Origin: Staphylococcus phage vB_SepM_BE08
Sequence record: MT596505.1
Length of the DNA: 64,000 nt
Reading direction: 5' to 3' (one strand)
The first letter of the stretch is position 1; each line of letters begins with the position of its first letter. Both the position numbers and the translations under genes were made by a program. Below are positions 9,645 through 21,487 of the stretch, piece after piece. The notes below the pieces were generated by a model. The model was not told the DNA's origin. It did not search any database and was given only the letters and a program-made list of their open reading frames with translations.

Positions 9645-11798
9645 TTAAATGTATCTATCTTTAATATACTTATCATACACATATATTTCTTTTACTGCAC
9701 CATCAAATTCAGTATTCAACTTTATTTCTTTTGTATCAGGCATTTTATACCCTCCAAAGTCTAAGAATCCAGAATTACTATTGTTAACAAATAAAGTTAC
9801 AGTGTTACTATTATTAGACCATTTTAACACAATATCATAACTTTTCCAAGACGCTGGATTCCAACTTGTATTATATGTAAATGTTTTACCATTTACATCT
9901 ACATAAAAGTTAAAATCTTCATCTATACCAAATTTTAATGTAGACATCTCTAACAACACTTGTCTAGACATTCTTCTATTTGAAGATTCAAAAGTAAAAT
10001 AACAGGTAGCTTCGGTATTAATATATTTATCTAATTTAATAGTAGCTGTTTCAGATTTAGTACTTCTAATAAGTAACCCATTTAAATCATATATAGGTTC
10101 ATCTACTCCATAGTCTCTACCTTTATATGATTCTGTTGAATTTCTTTTAAATTCTATATCAATATCTTTACTTATAAGTTTATCATTTTCTATAAAACCT
10201 AGTAATTCATTAATGCTACCTTTGTAACCTAAGGAGTTAAAAAAGGATATAGCATTTGATGAATTATTGCTACCTTTTTCTAAAGTGTATATTCTGTCCT
10301 CTAAACTAGGTATTTTCTTATCATTTAAACTTCTCGATAATTTATCAATATAATCTACAGTACTATTTATTGTAGTATAATTATTCTCTAAGTTACTAAT
10401 ACGCTCTTCATGACTAGATTCTTCTGAGCTATCTGTGTTAAAGGATTTACTTTCTATTGTATTAAGTCTTTCATATATATCAGGTAAATCATTCGTATCA
10501 TAAGAATTTATCTTTTTCTTTATAGTAGTAACATCATTTTTTAGTGGTTCAAACTCTTGGTTATAAGAATTAATTACTTTTGATGCGTCTTCATAGAATT
10601 CTTTATAGGTCTTATCTCTAAAATCTTGGAACTGTTGTATTATTCCTTCTGCTCTTGAACTTACATCACTTATTCTAGTATTCATAAGGTTAACATCATC
10701 TGTAGCTTTTTTAGATACTTCTATCGCATTTTTAGTATCTTTTATAAGTTCTTCTATATTTTCTTTACCTACTGTTGAAAGCATATTATCTATATCTTCT
10801 ATTTGTTTTTTTATTTCTTCCAACTCTTTTGATGAATTTTGTATACTATCATCTAAAGCATCTAAAATAGGTCTCTCATTTACTAGAATACCTTTATCTG
10901 TAAATTCAAATTTGTTATTATCATTTTTTATATAAAATGAATTAGTTTCAGAATCAATACCATACTCTACCCAAACTTGACCTTCATCAAGTAGTAAAGA
11001 ATCTCCTTCATGTTTTACTCTATAATTATTATTAGAAATCTCTTGAGTTGTTCTCTTTTGTTTTTCAGTATCCATATTAGATACCCGATAAGTACCATCT
11101 TCACCAATAAATATTGTAGTAATGTGATTATCTTCTCCTATATCTCCTTGATGTTTAAATAACATTTTAGGTGCTCTTTGATTTCGTGGTTCTACTAAGT
11201 CTCCTCTTCTATCATGTGATGGATATAAATCACCATAACTGGTTCCTGTGTAGAAGTCTGTTGCTTGTTCTTGCTCATCTTCATTAGAGTTTATTGTAAA
11301 GAAAGATTTACCGTTAAATGTTTTTATTACAGTACCTTCACCATCTATAAAATCATATGTTAATGATGGATATAATTTATACATAGCACTACCATATCTA
11401 AAAATATCCTCATTAGAAAAATCTCCACTATCTATAGGTGTGGGTGTTATGAGTTTATTGACATCTGAATCACCATATACATTTAGTACTATAGGTCTAC
11501 TACCTTCCCCATTAATAAATCCTACAAGAGCTGTAGAACCTGGAGTAATGAGTGGTACTTCACCAAAATAAACCCCTTCAGGTGTTTTACCGATAAAACT
11601 TTTTGGTATAGGTGCTGAATATTTACCATCTGAACCTTTAACTTGACCTGCATACGTATTTTTAGTTTGAAATTCCACTGTTTGATATTTATAATTTACT
11701 TTAGTTATTTTAGCTAAGTATAAATTATTTATATTAAAATCATCAGCATCTACTTGCTTAACATTACTTCCTAATGACGATTGTAATCGTACTACCAC
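9645..11798 (-). CDS. large tail/baseplate structural protein with a central coiled-coil (717 aa)
   Basis: Long ORF in the tail module. The central region is rich in heptad-like E/K/I/L repeats. Confidence 0.45.
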   Translation of the reverse strand: MVVRLQSSLGSNVKQVDADDFNINNLYLAKITKVNYKYQTVEFQTKNTYAGQVKGSDGKYSAPIPKSFIGKTPEGVYFGEVPLITPGSTALVGFINGEGSRPIVLNVYGDSDVNKLITPTPIDSGDFSNEDIFRYGSAMYKLYPSLTYDFIDGEGTVIKTFNGKSFFTINSNEDEQEQATDFYTGTSYGDLYPSHDRRGDLVEPRNQRAPKMLFKHQGDIGEDNHITTIFIGEDGTYRVSNMDTEKQKRTTQEISNNNYRVKHEGDSLLLDEGQVWVEYGIDSETNSFYIKNDNNKFEFTDKGILVNERPILDALDDSIQNSSKELEEIKKQIEDIDNMLSTVGKENIEELIKDTKNAIEVSKKATDDVNLMNTRISDVSSRAEGIIQQFQDFRDKTYKEFYEDASKVINSYNQEFEPLKNDVTTIKKKINSYDTNDLPDIYERLNTIESKSFNTDSSEESSHEERISNLENNYTTINSTVDYIDKLSRSLNDKKIPSLEDRIYTLEKGSNNSSNAISFFNSLGYKGSINELLGFIENDKLISKDIDIEFKRNSTESYKGRDYGVDEPIYDLNGLLIRSTKSETATIKLDKYINTEATCYFTFESSNRRMSRQVLLEMSTLKFGIDEDFNFYVDVNGKTFTYNTSWNPASWKSYDIVLKWSNNSNTVTLFVNNSNSGFLDFGGYKMPDTKEIKLNTEFDGAVKEIYVYDKYIKDRYI

Positions 11799-11800
11799 TA

Positions 11801-12709
11801 CTACTCACCTTCTTCTGTATCTTCTTCTAAGTAATCTTTTATTTTTACTCTTAACACTCTACCATTAAATTTATCCCAATAATCATCAAGTGAAAAAATT
11901 TTAGGATGTGTGTCATCTTTAGGAAACTCTCCTAAAATTGAAAAGAATTGATTGTCTCCTAAGTATAAACCTATAAAAGAATCATTTTTATTGAAGAATA
12001 ATATATCTCCTTGTCTAAATTCTTCCTTCATAGTTTCATATTTGTATCCTTTATTAAATATTGTATCAAATGTTGTAGAAGAAAGCAAGTAATCTAATCC
12101 AAATCTATAATTAACATCTACTCCATTTGTATATAAAATCCAATATATTAAATTAAAGGAATCTACATAATAATTATCATCTAAAAATAAAGGATTGTTA
12201 GAAGTTTTACCTTTAAACATATAATTAATATTATCAAAATTATCTATATTATCTTGAATCATTTTAACAGCATTATCTATAGGTTCTGTATTAATTACAG
12301 ATATGCCTTCATCATAACTACTTTTTTGAACTTCGTAATCTTCAGTTAAATCATCAACATACCACTCTTCATATTTTTCACTATAGATTAATTTAACTAC
12401 TATAAAATATTTTATTAAAGAATTATAATATTCCACATCTCTATGAACATAATGTGATACTAAGAAATTAGCTTTTACAGTCGCTTCATCCCCTATAATA
12501 TCCTCTTCTCCAACATTCACTTTAGAAACAACCATACCTGATATAACACCAGGATATGGTCGTGCTCTACCTCTATCTATAGCAAATTCATGTGTACAAA
12601 AATCAAATAGTTTTTGATTCTTATAAGATATAATATCATTAGTTACTTGATAAAAATTATATACATTATCTATTAAATTTGTTACTTTAGTATTAATTTC
12701 TTGTATCAT
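11801..12709 (-). CDS. tail/baseplate structural protein, function unknown
   Basis: 302-aa ORF starting 3 nt after the upstream gene's stop codon. Confidence 0.4.
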   Translation of the reverse strand: MIQEINTKVTNLIDNVYNFYQVTNDIISYKNQKLFDFCTHEFAIDRGRARPYPGVISGMVVSKVNVGEEDIIGDEATVKANFLVSHYVHRDVEYYNSLIKYFIVVKLIYSEKYEEWYVDDLTEDYEVQKSSYDEGISVINTEPIDNAVKMIQDNIDNFDNINYMFKGKTSNNPLFLDDNYYVDSFNLIYWILYTNGVDVNYRFGLDYLLSSTTFDTIFNKGYKYETMKEEFRQGDILFFNKNDSFIGLYLGDNQFFSILGEFPKDDTHPKIFSLDDYWDKFNGRVLRVKIKDYLEEDTEEGE

Positions 12710-12723
12710 AACTCATCTCTTTT

Positions 12724-15330
12724 CTAATATATAAAGTGATAATTTCCCTTAGGTAGACTACTTACTTTAAGCGTTCTCTCACCATAAGTATGGTAAGCTG
12801 AATAATTATATTCAGATATATGGATTGTTTTACCATCTTTAGAGACACCTTCTACAAAAGCAACATGACCTGTTCCGTGGTCTCCACTTTTGTAAGCTTC
12901 CCAGTTAAGAATAGCACCACGTTTAGGTGTTGTTCCTACACCTATACCCTGTGCTCTGGCGGCGTTGTCGTAATTATGAGCATCACCCCACGCTCCACAG
13001 GAAAGCCCAAACTGTTTACGTCTATTATATACATACCAAGTACATTCACCTACTAAACCACCTACTTGTGGATTTCCTGGGTAAGTTTTCTTATCCCACT
13101 TAGGTAAATCACCTTTGTACTTTTCTAATTTTTTAAGAGATTCTCCTCCACTAGCGTCTCCTCCTTCATCATCTCCGCCACCATCTTTACCTTTATTTTT
13201 TTCAGCTATGGCTTCTGATTTCATGTCTGCTAGTGATTTCTCTCCTAATAAACCACCAATAAAGTCTGAAGATTGTCCCCAAGGTGGAGCAAATCTAACA
13301 GGACTTCCGTCTGGTACTTCAGCTTCTTTAAGTCCTCTAGTTACTCCTATAGTTGTATAATAACCTTGTTTGTAATCAAATTTATGTTCTACTGATTCAA
13401 TGTAGAATTCCCAGACATCATTACGTTGTTCATCTTTAACAAACAATCGTTTTCCTAAATCATACTTGTGGTGTCCTAAAACAATTATATCTCCTGAATA
13501 GAAGTTAGGATTATTGTAATACCAATTATAAAGCATTTTACTAAATATCAACATAGGACTATCTGTAGCATCTGCTCCTACATCTGCACTAGCATTACTA
13601 ATTTCCTCTAATGACTTAATGTAATCTTTATATATCTGGTCGTCAGGAGGTGTTCCTTTATATTCCATATATTTTTCTACAAGTTTTTCAGCTTCTGCTT
13701 TACTACCGAATCTAAAGTTATTTGCTAAATCATCAATAGCTTTTTTCTTATTCTTTTTACCATCTTCACCTTCAAAAGATTTATTATCAGAGAAGTGTTT
13801 TTTAAGTTTCTCTTTAAGCTTAGGTACAGTAGCTATAGGTCTATTGTCTATTTGTTGTTCTGTTCCTGGATTATGACCTGTAACTTCTTTATACTTACTT
13901 TCAGAGATACTTCCAGTTTTTGAAAATTCTGCTACTAATTTTTTAGCTTGGTCTTTAGTTAAATCATGGTATCTACTAGATAGTATTTTAGCCCAACCTT
14001 CTTGTTTTGCATTTACTTCTTGTTGTCCTTGGTTTTTAAGGTCTTTTAATACTTTATCGTAAGTACCTTTTTGAGCTCCAGCATCTCTTTTATCAATAAT
14101 CTTTTTATAATCTTCTTCACTTAGTTTACCATCTTTTGAGAATTTGTCAACTATTTCTTGTGCATTTTCTTTCGTTAATCCTTTATATTTACTAGCTAAC
14201 TTTTTAACCCATTTATTTTTTGCTTTTGATACTTTATCTTTACCTTCTTTTTTAAGGTCTTTCATTACTTTATCATAAGATTCTTGTTCATCTCCAGCAT
14301 CATTGTTATCATCTTCTGTAGATGAGTTCTCTTCAATAGGTATATACATATTTTCTACTTCTAATTTAGAATAACCATATCTATCAACAAGCTCTTTATG
14401 ATATTGTGGTTTAGAAAATACATCAGCTTCCATTGTTTTAAGCATTTGTGGTGTTGTAACTGTAAAAATAGAATATGTCTCTACATCAGATTTACCTACA
14501 TCTTCTTCTACAAAGTCTTCAGAACTTACTGTCTCATAATCTAAAGCTTTCCATTGAGATTCATTAAAAGGTGTCTTACGCATAACTAATTGTGTTTTAT
14601 CAGCGTTTTTATCTTGACCGTTTCTAAAGAATAATTCATTAAATGGTTTAGCTGTAATCATATCCATCATTTGTTTTAAACTACCATCAAAGTTAGTTAA
14701 TTGAGTGGTATCTTTAAGATTTTCAAATGCAGTCCAGCTATCTAAACCATCCCAAGAAAAATGGTCGGATATAGTCTTATTATGGTTACCTTTACCATCA
14801 TCGTACTTATATCTCATAAATGGTATAAAATAATCTAATACCTCTTTCATTATTTGACTAGCATTAGAACCACTAAATTTTATTTTCTCACCATCTACTA
14901 ACCAACCTGTTGCTGGTAATACAGCTTGAACCTCTTGGATTACACCTAATCCAAATTTAATAAAAGGTTTAGAGAAAGCTTGACCTGTTATTCTATATGT
15001 GGTTTGGTCGTTGCTGTAACTTCCTATTTTAGATACTTGAGAAATCATACCTACTAATACTAGTCCTTCTTTATCATCTGCTGGATTAGGATTAATATAA
15101 ATCTTAACAATATCATTAATCATTAAAGCTTTATCCCAATTTGTATCTCCTGCTAGAGTAATGACAAAAGTAGCACTATCATCTGACATAGCATTTTTAG
15201 TTTGGAAACCTAGGACTTTATTTCCTACTTGCTCTCCTGTAACTTCTACAGCATTACTATATCTTAAAGTAAATATATTTTCATCTGTAACGAATTCTAA
15301 TCTTATATCAGGTCTTCTTATCCTTTTCAT
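12724..15330 (-). CDS. tail-associated murein hydrolase with a C-terminal CHAP peptidase domain
   Basis: The C-terminal ~130 aa carry a CHAP-like Cys-His pattern (GLVGECTWYVYNRR ... GHVAFVEGV ... HISEYNY). Its size and position after the tape-measure and transglycosylase genes match the virion-associated CHAP lysin of K-like phages. It also contains an internal ~55-aa tandem duplication. Confidence 0.8.
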   Translation of the reverse strand: MKRIRRPDIRLEFVTDENIFTLRYSNAVEVTGEQVGNKVLGFQTKNAMSDDSATFVITLAGDTNWDKALMINDIVKIYINPNPADDKEGLVLVGMISQVSKIGSYSNDQTTYRITGQAFSKPFIKFGLGVIQEVQAVLPATGWLVDGEKIKFSGSNASQIMKEVLDYFIPFMRYKYDDGKGNHNKTISDHFSWDGLDSWTAFENLKDTTQLTNFDGSLKQMMDMITAKPFNELFFRNGQDKNADKTQLVMRKTPFNESQWKALDYETVSSEDFVEEDVGKSDVETYSIFTVTTPQMLKTMEADVFSKPQYHKELVDRYGYSKLEVENMYIPIEENSSTEDDNNDAGDEQESYDKVMKDLKKEGKDKVSKAKNKWVKKLASKYKGLTKENAQEIVDKFSKDGKLSEEDYKKIIDKRDAGAQKGTYDKVLKDLKNQGQQEVNAKQEGWAKILSSRYHDLTKDQAKKLVAEFSKTGSISESKYKEVTGHNPGTEQQIDNRPIATVPKLKEKLKKHFSDNKSFEGEDGKKNKKKAIDDLANNFRFGSKAEAEKLVEKYMEYKGTPPDDQIYKDYIKSLEEISNASADVGADATDSPMLIFSKMLYNWYYNNPNFYSGDIIVLGHHKYDLGKRLFVKDEQRNDVWEFYIESVEHKFDYKQGYYTTIGVTRGLKEAEVPDGSPVRFAPPWGQSSDFIGGLLGEKSLADMKSEAIAEKNKGKDGGGDDEGGDASGGESLKKLEKYKGDLPKWDKKTYPGNPQVGGLVGECTWYVYNRRKQFGLSCGAWGDAHNYDNAARAQGIGVGTTPKRGAILNWEAYKSGDHGTGHVAFVEGVSKDGKTIHISEYNYSAYHTYGERTLKVSSLPKGNYHFIY

Positions 15331-15386
15331 TTAAATCTGTCCTTTGTTAAAAAATATGTATAAAAGGTGGTTTATAAACCACCTTA

Positions 15387-16184
15387 TTAAACTCTTCTAT
15401 ATTGATTGGAGAAGATACTTAAATCTGTATTCATAACATTATTAAACTTACTTTCTACAGCTTCTCCTAATTCTTCAGAATTATTTTGATTACCTTGTAC
15501 ATTCACATTAACTCTAACATTATTGTTATTATTCACGTTACTAGACATTGAATTACTATTAGAGCTTCTTGTAGGTAAAGGTGCTGTATTGTTAAGTAAA
15601 GCACTTGTCACAGGACTTACAGGTTCTTGTGGTGCTGAGAATCTACCACCTTTACCTCCTTTAGCTCTTCCTCCTGTAGGAGACCAACCACCGTTAGGGT
15701 TATAGTCGCTCTTCCAGTTTTTATTATTAAAGAAAGCTAATAATTGGTCGTATCCATTATGAATGTTTCCATGTCCTTTTACTTTATAGTTGTTGAAAGT
15801 ACTAGGAACATATTGTAAAAGACCTTGTGCCTCATTACCGCCACTGTTTATATCTTTAATTTGTTGTTTTATTTTAGGGTCTCCACCAGATTCTTTTTGA
15901 ATAAGACTTGCTATTCCGTCTACATCTTTATCTGATATTTTAACACCCATTGCTTTGGCGGCTTTTCTAATATCATCTTTCCATTTATCAGCTGATTTTT
16001 TCTTATCTCCACCTGCTGAATCCCCTACGTCAGAGTCATCAGAACTACCTGAATCACTTCCTCCTCCGTCTAAAGATTTAGCATCATTTATTAATTGTTC
16101 AGCTCTATCTAATAAACTTTTATAAGTTTTAAGGTTTTTAGTCTCAGAAGCATTATTTTTCTCTCTGAGTTGTTCGGTAGTCAT
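15387..16184 (-). CDS. virion-associated lytic transglycosylase (SLT-like) protein
   Basis: Carries an SLT-type motif: IQKESGGDPKIKQQIKDINSGGNEAQGLLQYVPSTFNNY. Ends with GGKGGRFSAPQ, a motif also found at the C-terminus of the tape-measure exon 2. Confidence 0.6.
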   Translation of the reverse strand: MTTEQLREKNNASETKNLKTYKSLLDRAEQLINDAKSLDGGGSDSGSSDDSDVGDSAGGDKKKSADKWKDDIRKAAKAMGVKISDKDVDGIASLIQKESGGDPKIKQQIKDINSGGNEAQGLLQYVPSTFNNYKVKGHGNIHNGYDQLLAFFNNKNWKSDYNPNGGWSPTGGRAKGGKGGRFSAPQEPVSPVTSALLNNTAPLPTRSSNSNSMSSNVNNNNNVRVNVNVQGNQNNSEELGEAVESKFNNVMNTDLSIFSNQYRRV

Positions 16185-16246
16185 TTTACCTTTTTTCTTT
16201 TTATCTCCTAGTATGCCATACGTTAAAGTATATAAGTTTTTAAATA

Positions 16247-17100
16247 TTAGTATTGTAAATTTTTATTCATGTAATTAACTACTTCATTTACAATCATATC
16301 ACTTGCTTTATCTACATCATAACCTTCTGGAATAGTTAAATTTAAGTCTAAATTCTTACTTCTTGTTGTTGATTCTACTGTTTCTGTCTGTGGAGGTGAA
16401 AACCTACCACCTTTACCACCTTTTAAGAATTTATCTGAACTACCCATTATACTAGCAATCATTGTATCCCAGTTTCCTGCTGTTGCATATTCATGTTGTC
16501 CTCCATTATGACGCATTTTGTGTAGTGTTTTTTGTCCTCTACTATAGAAATTTTTAGCTATCCACTTAGCTCCACCAACAATACCTAAACCATAATTAAA
16601 TCCGTTATTAGGATTGTTATCAAACGCACCAATTCCGTACCAGTTACCTTTTTTAGGGTCTCCTCCATGTGATAGGTTGGAAGTACCCCAAGCTGTTTCT
16701 ACAGCACTATGTGCTACTAAGTAACGAGGGTCTAATCCAGATGCTTTACCTGCTTTCATGTATATTTCTCCTAAACCACGCATTTTAGAATTTTTAGGAG
16801 CCATAGCGTCAATCCATTTATTTAACATCTTAGCATTAACGCCCTTAGCTGTTTTACCTAAATCGTGTTTAGTTATATCTGAATTAGTAAAGTTTTTACC
16901 ATTTAAGTAATCTAGTTCACCTACAGAACCACCTTCATCTCCTCCACCAGAGTCTGATGATTCTAAGTTAGCTATTACGTTATCAAAGAATTGGCTTAAT
17001 ACAGGTATGTTTTTATTTTGTTCTCGTGCATTTTTCTCTCTTAAAGTTTCAAGTCTAAATCTTTCTTTTAGATTATTTCTCTTCTTACCCTTCTTCTTAC
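16247..17100 (-). CDS. tape-measure protein, exon 2, carrying a GH73/FlgJ-type glucosaminidase-like domain
   Basis: The frame stays open upstream of the annotated Met back to ~17100 (GKKKGKKRNNLKERFRL...) with no start codon or RBS, so this is a downstream exon. It carries the motif AHSAVETAWGTS ... NWYGIGAFD. Confidence 0.6.
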
Positions 17101-17600
17101 CATAGGTTAAAATATATAAAACATTTATAAATTTTATCCTTTTATATAGGTCTTAGAAGGATAGTTATTTTTTTAAAAATATAAAGTTGGAATAAAATTT
17201 AAAAACTTATATATTTTAACTTTATTTAGCTATAGAACGCTACTTCTAAGCCCTAGGTCTATTCCTAGTCACTACCTTTCGATACGTGTGTAGACTATTT
17301 GACTTCCCTATTATAGGGTGGGTATTTTTCTTCCACCAATCACTTGTGGTTTTACTCTCCCGTCAGGAGATAGTCGTTGAGGGTCTTCCTTATCTTTTGA
17401 CTTAGGACTTTCCCTGCTAAAGACCGATTACGTATACCTTAGGATTTAACCTTAGCACATCTAACTAATTTTTTCTACTTTCGTTACTTTACCATTTATC
17501 CTTTCGGATTCTGTTTCAGTTTAGTTAGCTTTACGGATTCTTAGCATTTAACACCCGATACTAGCAACTTACGCTACTAGCAAGGCAATTTGTTTGTAAC
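17101..17600 (-). mobile_element. ORF-less group I intron in the tape-measure gene (boundaries approximate, ~±20 nt)
   Basis: The minus-strand RNA has a P7 5' strand (CAACGACUAUC) and a P7 3' strand (AAAUAGUCUAC). It is GC-enriched and structured, and has extensive similarity to the intron at 24690..25154. With these boundaries the length (500 nt) keeps the exon 1 and exon 2 frames continuous across a retained UGU codon. Confidence 0.65.
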
Positions 17601-20600
17601 AATCGTTACCTCTAAATCCTGAAATTCCTTTTTTATTTTCTTTATCTCCCTCTTTTTCAAATTCACTTAAACCTTGATGACTTAATTGTGGTGCCATACT
17701 AATAAGTGCTGGATTACCTGGTCTTCTGTTTGAACCTTCTTCTTGTGGTGAACCCATTCCACCTTTTCCAGCTCCTCCTAAGAAGCCTATTTTTGTGGGG
17801 TCATTTGTTGGTAAGCCTTTTCCTTTTCCTTTTCCTTTGCCTTTTTTCTTGCCACCAAAACCAAATATTTTTTTACCCCAATTATAAAGAAGTCCTTTAT
17901 CTTTATCTTTTTTAGGTTTATCCCAGTTAAGGTCTATGAAACCACCTTTACCAAATAACTTTTTAGTGTTCATGGAATCTTTAGCTAATCCTTCTGCATG
18001 TTTATTGAGATTATTTCCATATCCTAATCCTAGAGGGTCTATGACCCCGCCCATAAAGTTACCAAAACTTTGAGCTGTTCCTTCCTTATCACCTTTGGCT
18101 AAACTTGATGCCATATCAAAACCTGTTAGTCCTAAACCTAACCATCCTGCATGTTTCATTAATCCGCCTGCATGACTTAGTACATTACTTGTACCACTAG
18201 CTGTTATACCACTTGTTCCACCTTTTCCTTTAGGTATTTTAGATAAAAGACCTTTTCCTTTAGAGATTATACCTTTTCCTGTTGTCTTGGCATTACTTCC
18301 TATTCCTTTCCAGTCAATTCCTCGACCTTTGGAAACAACTCCTCTACCAATGTTTTTAGCATTGTTTCCGAGTCCTTTCCAATCAATTCCTTTAATGCCT
18401 TCTCCTGCTCTAGTTGTTCCACCTTTTATTTTCTTACCTAAATCTCCTAAACCTTTTATCTGTCCGCCTCGGCTTGTATCGGTAGGTTTATATTCTCCAA
18501 CTTGAATAAGTCTTTTACCAAAATCACCAACTCTTCCAAGTCTTCCGCCTTTTCTACCTGTTGAGCCTTTGTGGAATGTTCCACCACCATTACCATTAGG
18601 TTTTTTAGGGGAGCCTCCACCGCCTATTGGAGTTCCAGAACCATTATCTGTTCTTCCTCTACGACCTCCTGCTCTTCCATTTCTACCTTTTCCTCTGCCT
18701 CTTCTTCCTAATAAAGATTCTCCGTTAGCTCTTCTACCTAACATCTCTGAACCTTTCATCATTGCTATAGATTTCATTAAAGAAACAGCAAAAGCCATGG
18801 CACTAGCTCCTGCTAAGTAGAAAGGTGCTGGAAGACTCATTAATGCTGTATTAACATTTCTTATTTTTCCAGTCATATCGTAAAGGTTTTCTGCTAATCT
18901 ATCAGCTTTAGCTTTTCCTTGGTCGTCTTTACCTTCTTGTGATTCTTTATAATCTTTAGAGTTTTTATCTCTTTCTTTAGAACCTTCTTTAGATGTTTTC
19001 TTTTTATAGTCTTCTAAAGCTTTCTTAGTTAGCTTACCTTCTTCAGCCATTTTAAATAACTCATCAGACTGTTCTAAGGTAGCATCTACACCCATTTGTT
19101 TTAGGCTTTCATTAAAGGCTATCTTTTGTCCTTTTTTAGAGCTTGATACTTGAGTAGCTTGTTGATAAAGGTCTGATACATTTTCAGGGTCGGCAATACC
19201 TTTATCCATACGTTTTTGTAAATCATACCTACCTTCTAAACCTTGGTATTGTGAGCCCCAACCCATTGCATTTCTAATATAAGGGTCTTGCATACCATTT
19301 CTAATTCCATCATTAAGGCTTGACATGAATTCTGCACCTTGTTGTCCTTGTAATCCTTTAGAACCTGAAGATGCTAACATAGATTGCATAGATGATACAT
19401 TACTTAAATCATTTTTTGTCATCGTTCTTCCTTGACCAACTGACTCAGCAATTGAAGATAAAGCTTTTAATTGCTCTTCATTTCTTCCAACCATTCCTGA
19501 TTCTTTTAGTCCACCTAAGAAAGCACTTTGTATATCTTTAATATCTGCTCCAGAATCAATAGCACCAGTGTGCATTAATGTATTCATAGAGTCTCTATAA
19601 GCTTGGTCGTCTGCGATACCCATCGCTTTTCCACCTGTAGCTAACTCTTTAACTCCACTATTTACATTGTCTTGACCTTTATATCCTACACTTCCCATGT
19701 AGTCTGAAGCAAATTTAAGCATATCAGTACTATTATAACCTAGATGATTATCTATTGACATCTCTTCAAAATTATGTCTTACTGATTTATAATCACTTGT
19801 ACCCATTTGCTGACCTAAGGCTATTTTTTGTGGTCGGTTTGATTCACTTAAAGACTTACCTTTCATGTACATACCGCCACCAACAGCCATACCAGCCATT
19901 ACACCGTGTGAGGCAATGGAAGGTGCACGTTCTCTAAAGATACCTTTAAACGTTCCTCTAGCTGGGTCTATTCTTCGGTCATCCATCTGTTTACTAGCTA
20001 CATTATCAAAGTAGTTAGATGTAGTATCCATTTGACGTATTAATTTTTCAATGGAATCTATTTCTTTGGCTCTAGCTTTATTATTAGCTTCTATTTGTGC
20101 TCTTTCTTGTTGATAGGTAGATTTATCAATTTCTTTATTTGTAAATCTCCTATTAAGATTAGTCATTGATGTATCATTTTTATCTCTATTACGTAAATCA
20201 GCCAATTGTTTTTTTAGGTCAGCTGAATCTCTACGCATAAATTGAGATTTACCGATTGCTGATTTAGTTTGAGTACCTGTATCATAAGACATTCTACCTG
20301 ATATTTCTGATTTATCTAAATTACGTCTTACTCTATACTCAGAAGCTCTTATCTGTTTCATCTTTTGTTGAGCTGTCATAGCATTATTTAAAGATTCATA
20401 ATAATCATCTGTAGCTTCACCTAGACGCTTCATATCTTGTATACGTGTATTAATACCACTATCGGTACCTACAGTTTTTGAAGAGAATTCATCTAAATTC
20501 TTAGTCATAGATTCTAAAGTATTATTTAATTTTTCATATGATTTTTGTAAATTTGTATTAGGTGCTTTACCCATTGCTATTTGTTCTTTTTGAGCATCGG

Positions 20601-20892
20601 ATATAGCATCTTTAAAATCATTAATTTCTTTAGTAGCTTTTCTTGTAGAATCTACTACTGTATTCATATCTTTAGAAGATATAAAAGCACTACCATCAGT
20701 TTTATCAGCAATATCTTTAATTCTTTTAAATTGAGATGCTATAATTTTTAGTTTATCAGCCATACCGTCAATCGGTTTGTCAAGCTCCATATTTTCTATA
20801 GCATCCATATAAGCTTGTATGATTTTTAAACTACTCTCTAACTGAGAGCTATCACCTGATATATTCAATCTATAGTTATCATTCATTGCCAT
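17601..20892 (-). CDS. tail tape-measure protein, exon 1
   Basis: ~1100 aa, Gly/Lys-rich with repeated KGxG segments, located just after the two chaperone-like genes. The in-frame stop at 17569 lies inside the intron. Confidence 0.75.
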
Positions 20893-20946
20893 TAAGTAAT
20901 CACCGCCCTATACTTTAAAAAAAGGTGGTAGTAACATCCTACCACC

Positions 20947-21456
20947 CTACATATATAAATCATCATCGTCAAACTCATTAAGTGCGTCTTCAATACTTTG
21001 TTGTGAGTACTCTTCTTGATTATCACTAGTATTGTTAACTTGTTTGTCAAGCTCTTCAATATTCTTTTGAATTTGTGCCATTTTATTTTTATGAATTTCT
21101 CTTGCTTCCTCATCATCTTCTTCAGCTTCTGCACGTTCAGTCATCTTAATACGTTCTGATTCTGAAAGTCTGTCATAGGCTTGTTTTGCTAAGTCTTCAG
21201 CATCTAAGAAGTCTGGTACTGGCTCGAATTCTTCTTGTGATTCATCATACCATGAAGTATCATCATCTTCAACTGTACTATCGTAACCTTTATTTCGTCT
21301 TTCCATTTCTCTATTATCTAAATTCATACTTTCAATAATAAAGTGTATTTGGTAGGCATCTAAATTTTTGAAATTAGGGTCTGTAGGCAATACTTTAAAC
21401 TCTCTCATAATAGCCCACATATTCCTGGATAAAGGTCTCTTAACAAGTGCTTGCAT
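20947..21456 (-). CDS. acidic protein, candidate tail-assembly chaperone
   Basis: 169 aa, highly acidic C-terminus, immediately upstream of the tape-measure gene. This is the usual chaperone position. Confidence 0.4.
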   Translation of the reverse strand: MQALVKRPLSRNMWAIMREFKVLPTDPNFKNLDAYQIHFIIESMNLDNREMERRNKGYDSTVEDDDTSWYDESQEEFEPVPDFLDAEDLAKQAYDRLSESERIKMTERAEAEEDDEEAREIHKNKMAQIQKNIEELDKQVNNTSDNQEEYSQQSIEDALNEFDDDDLYM

Positions 21457-21487
21457 CCCACCTGAATCAGAAATTTCTTTATCTCTG

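Noticed and set aside
20892-21134. 80-aa ORF overlapping the 20947..21456 gene in another frame.
   Set aside because: It is fully overlapped by a longer ORF with better context. Its Lys-rich translation is typical of out-of-frame AT-rich sequence.
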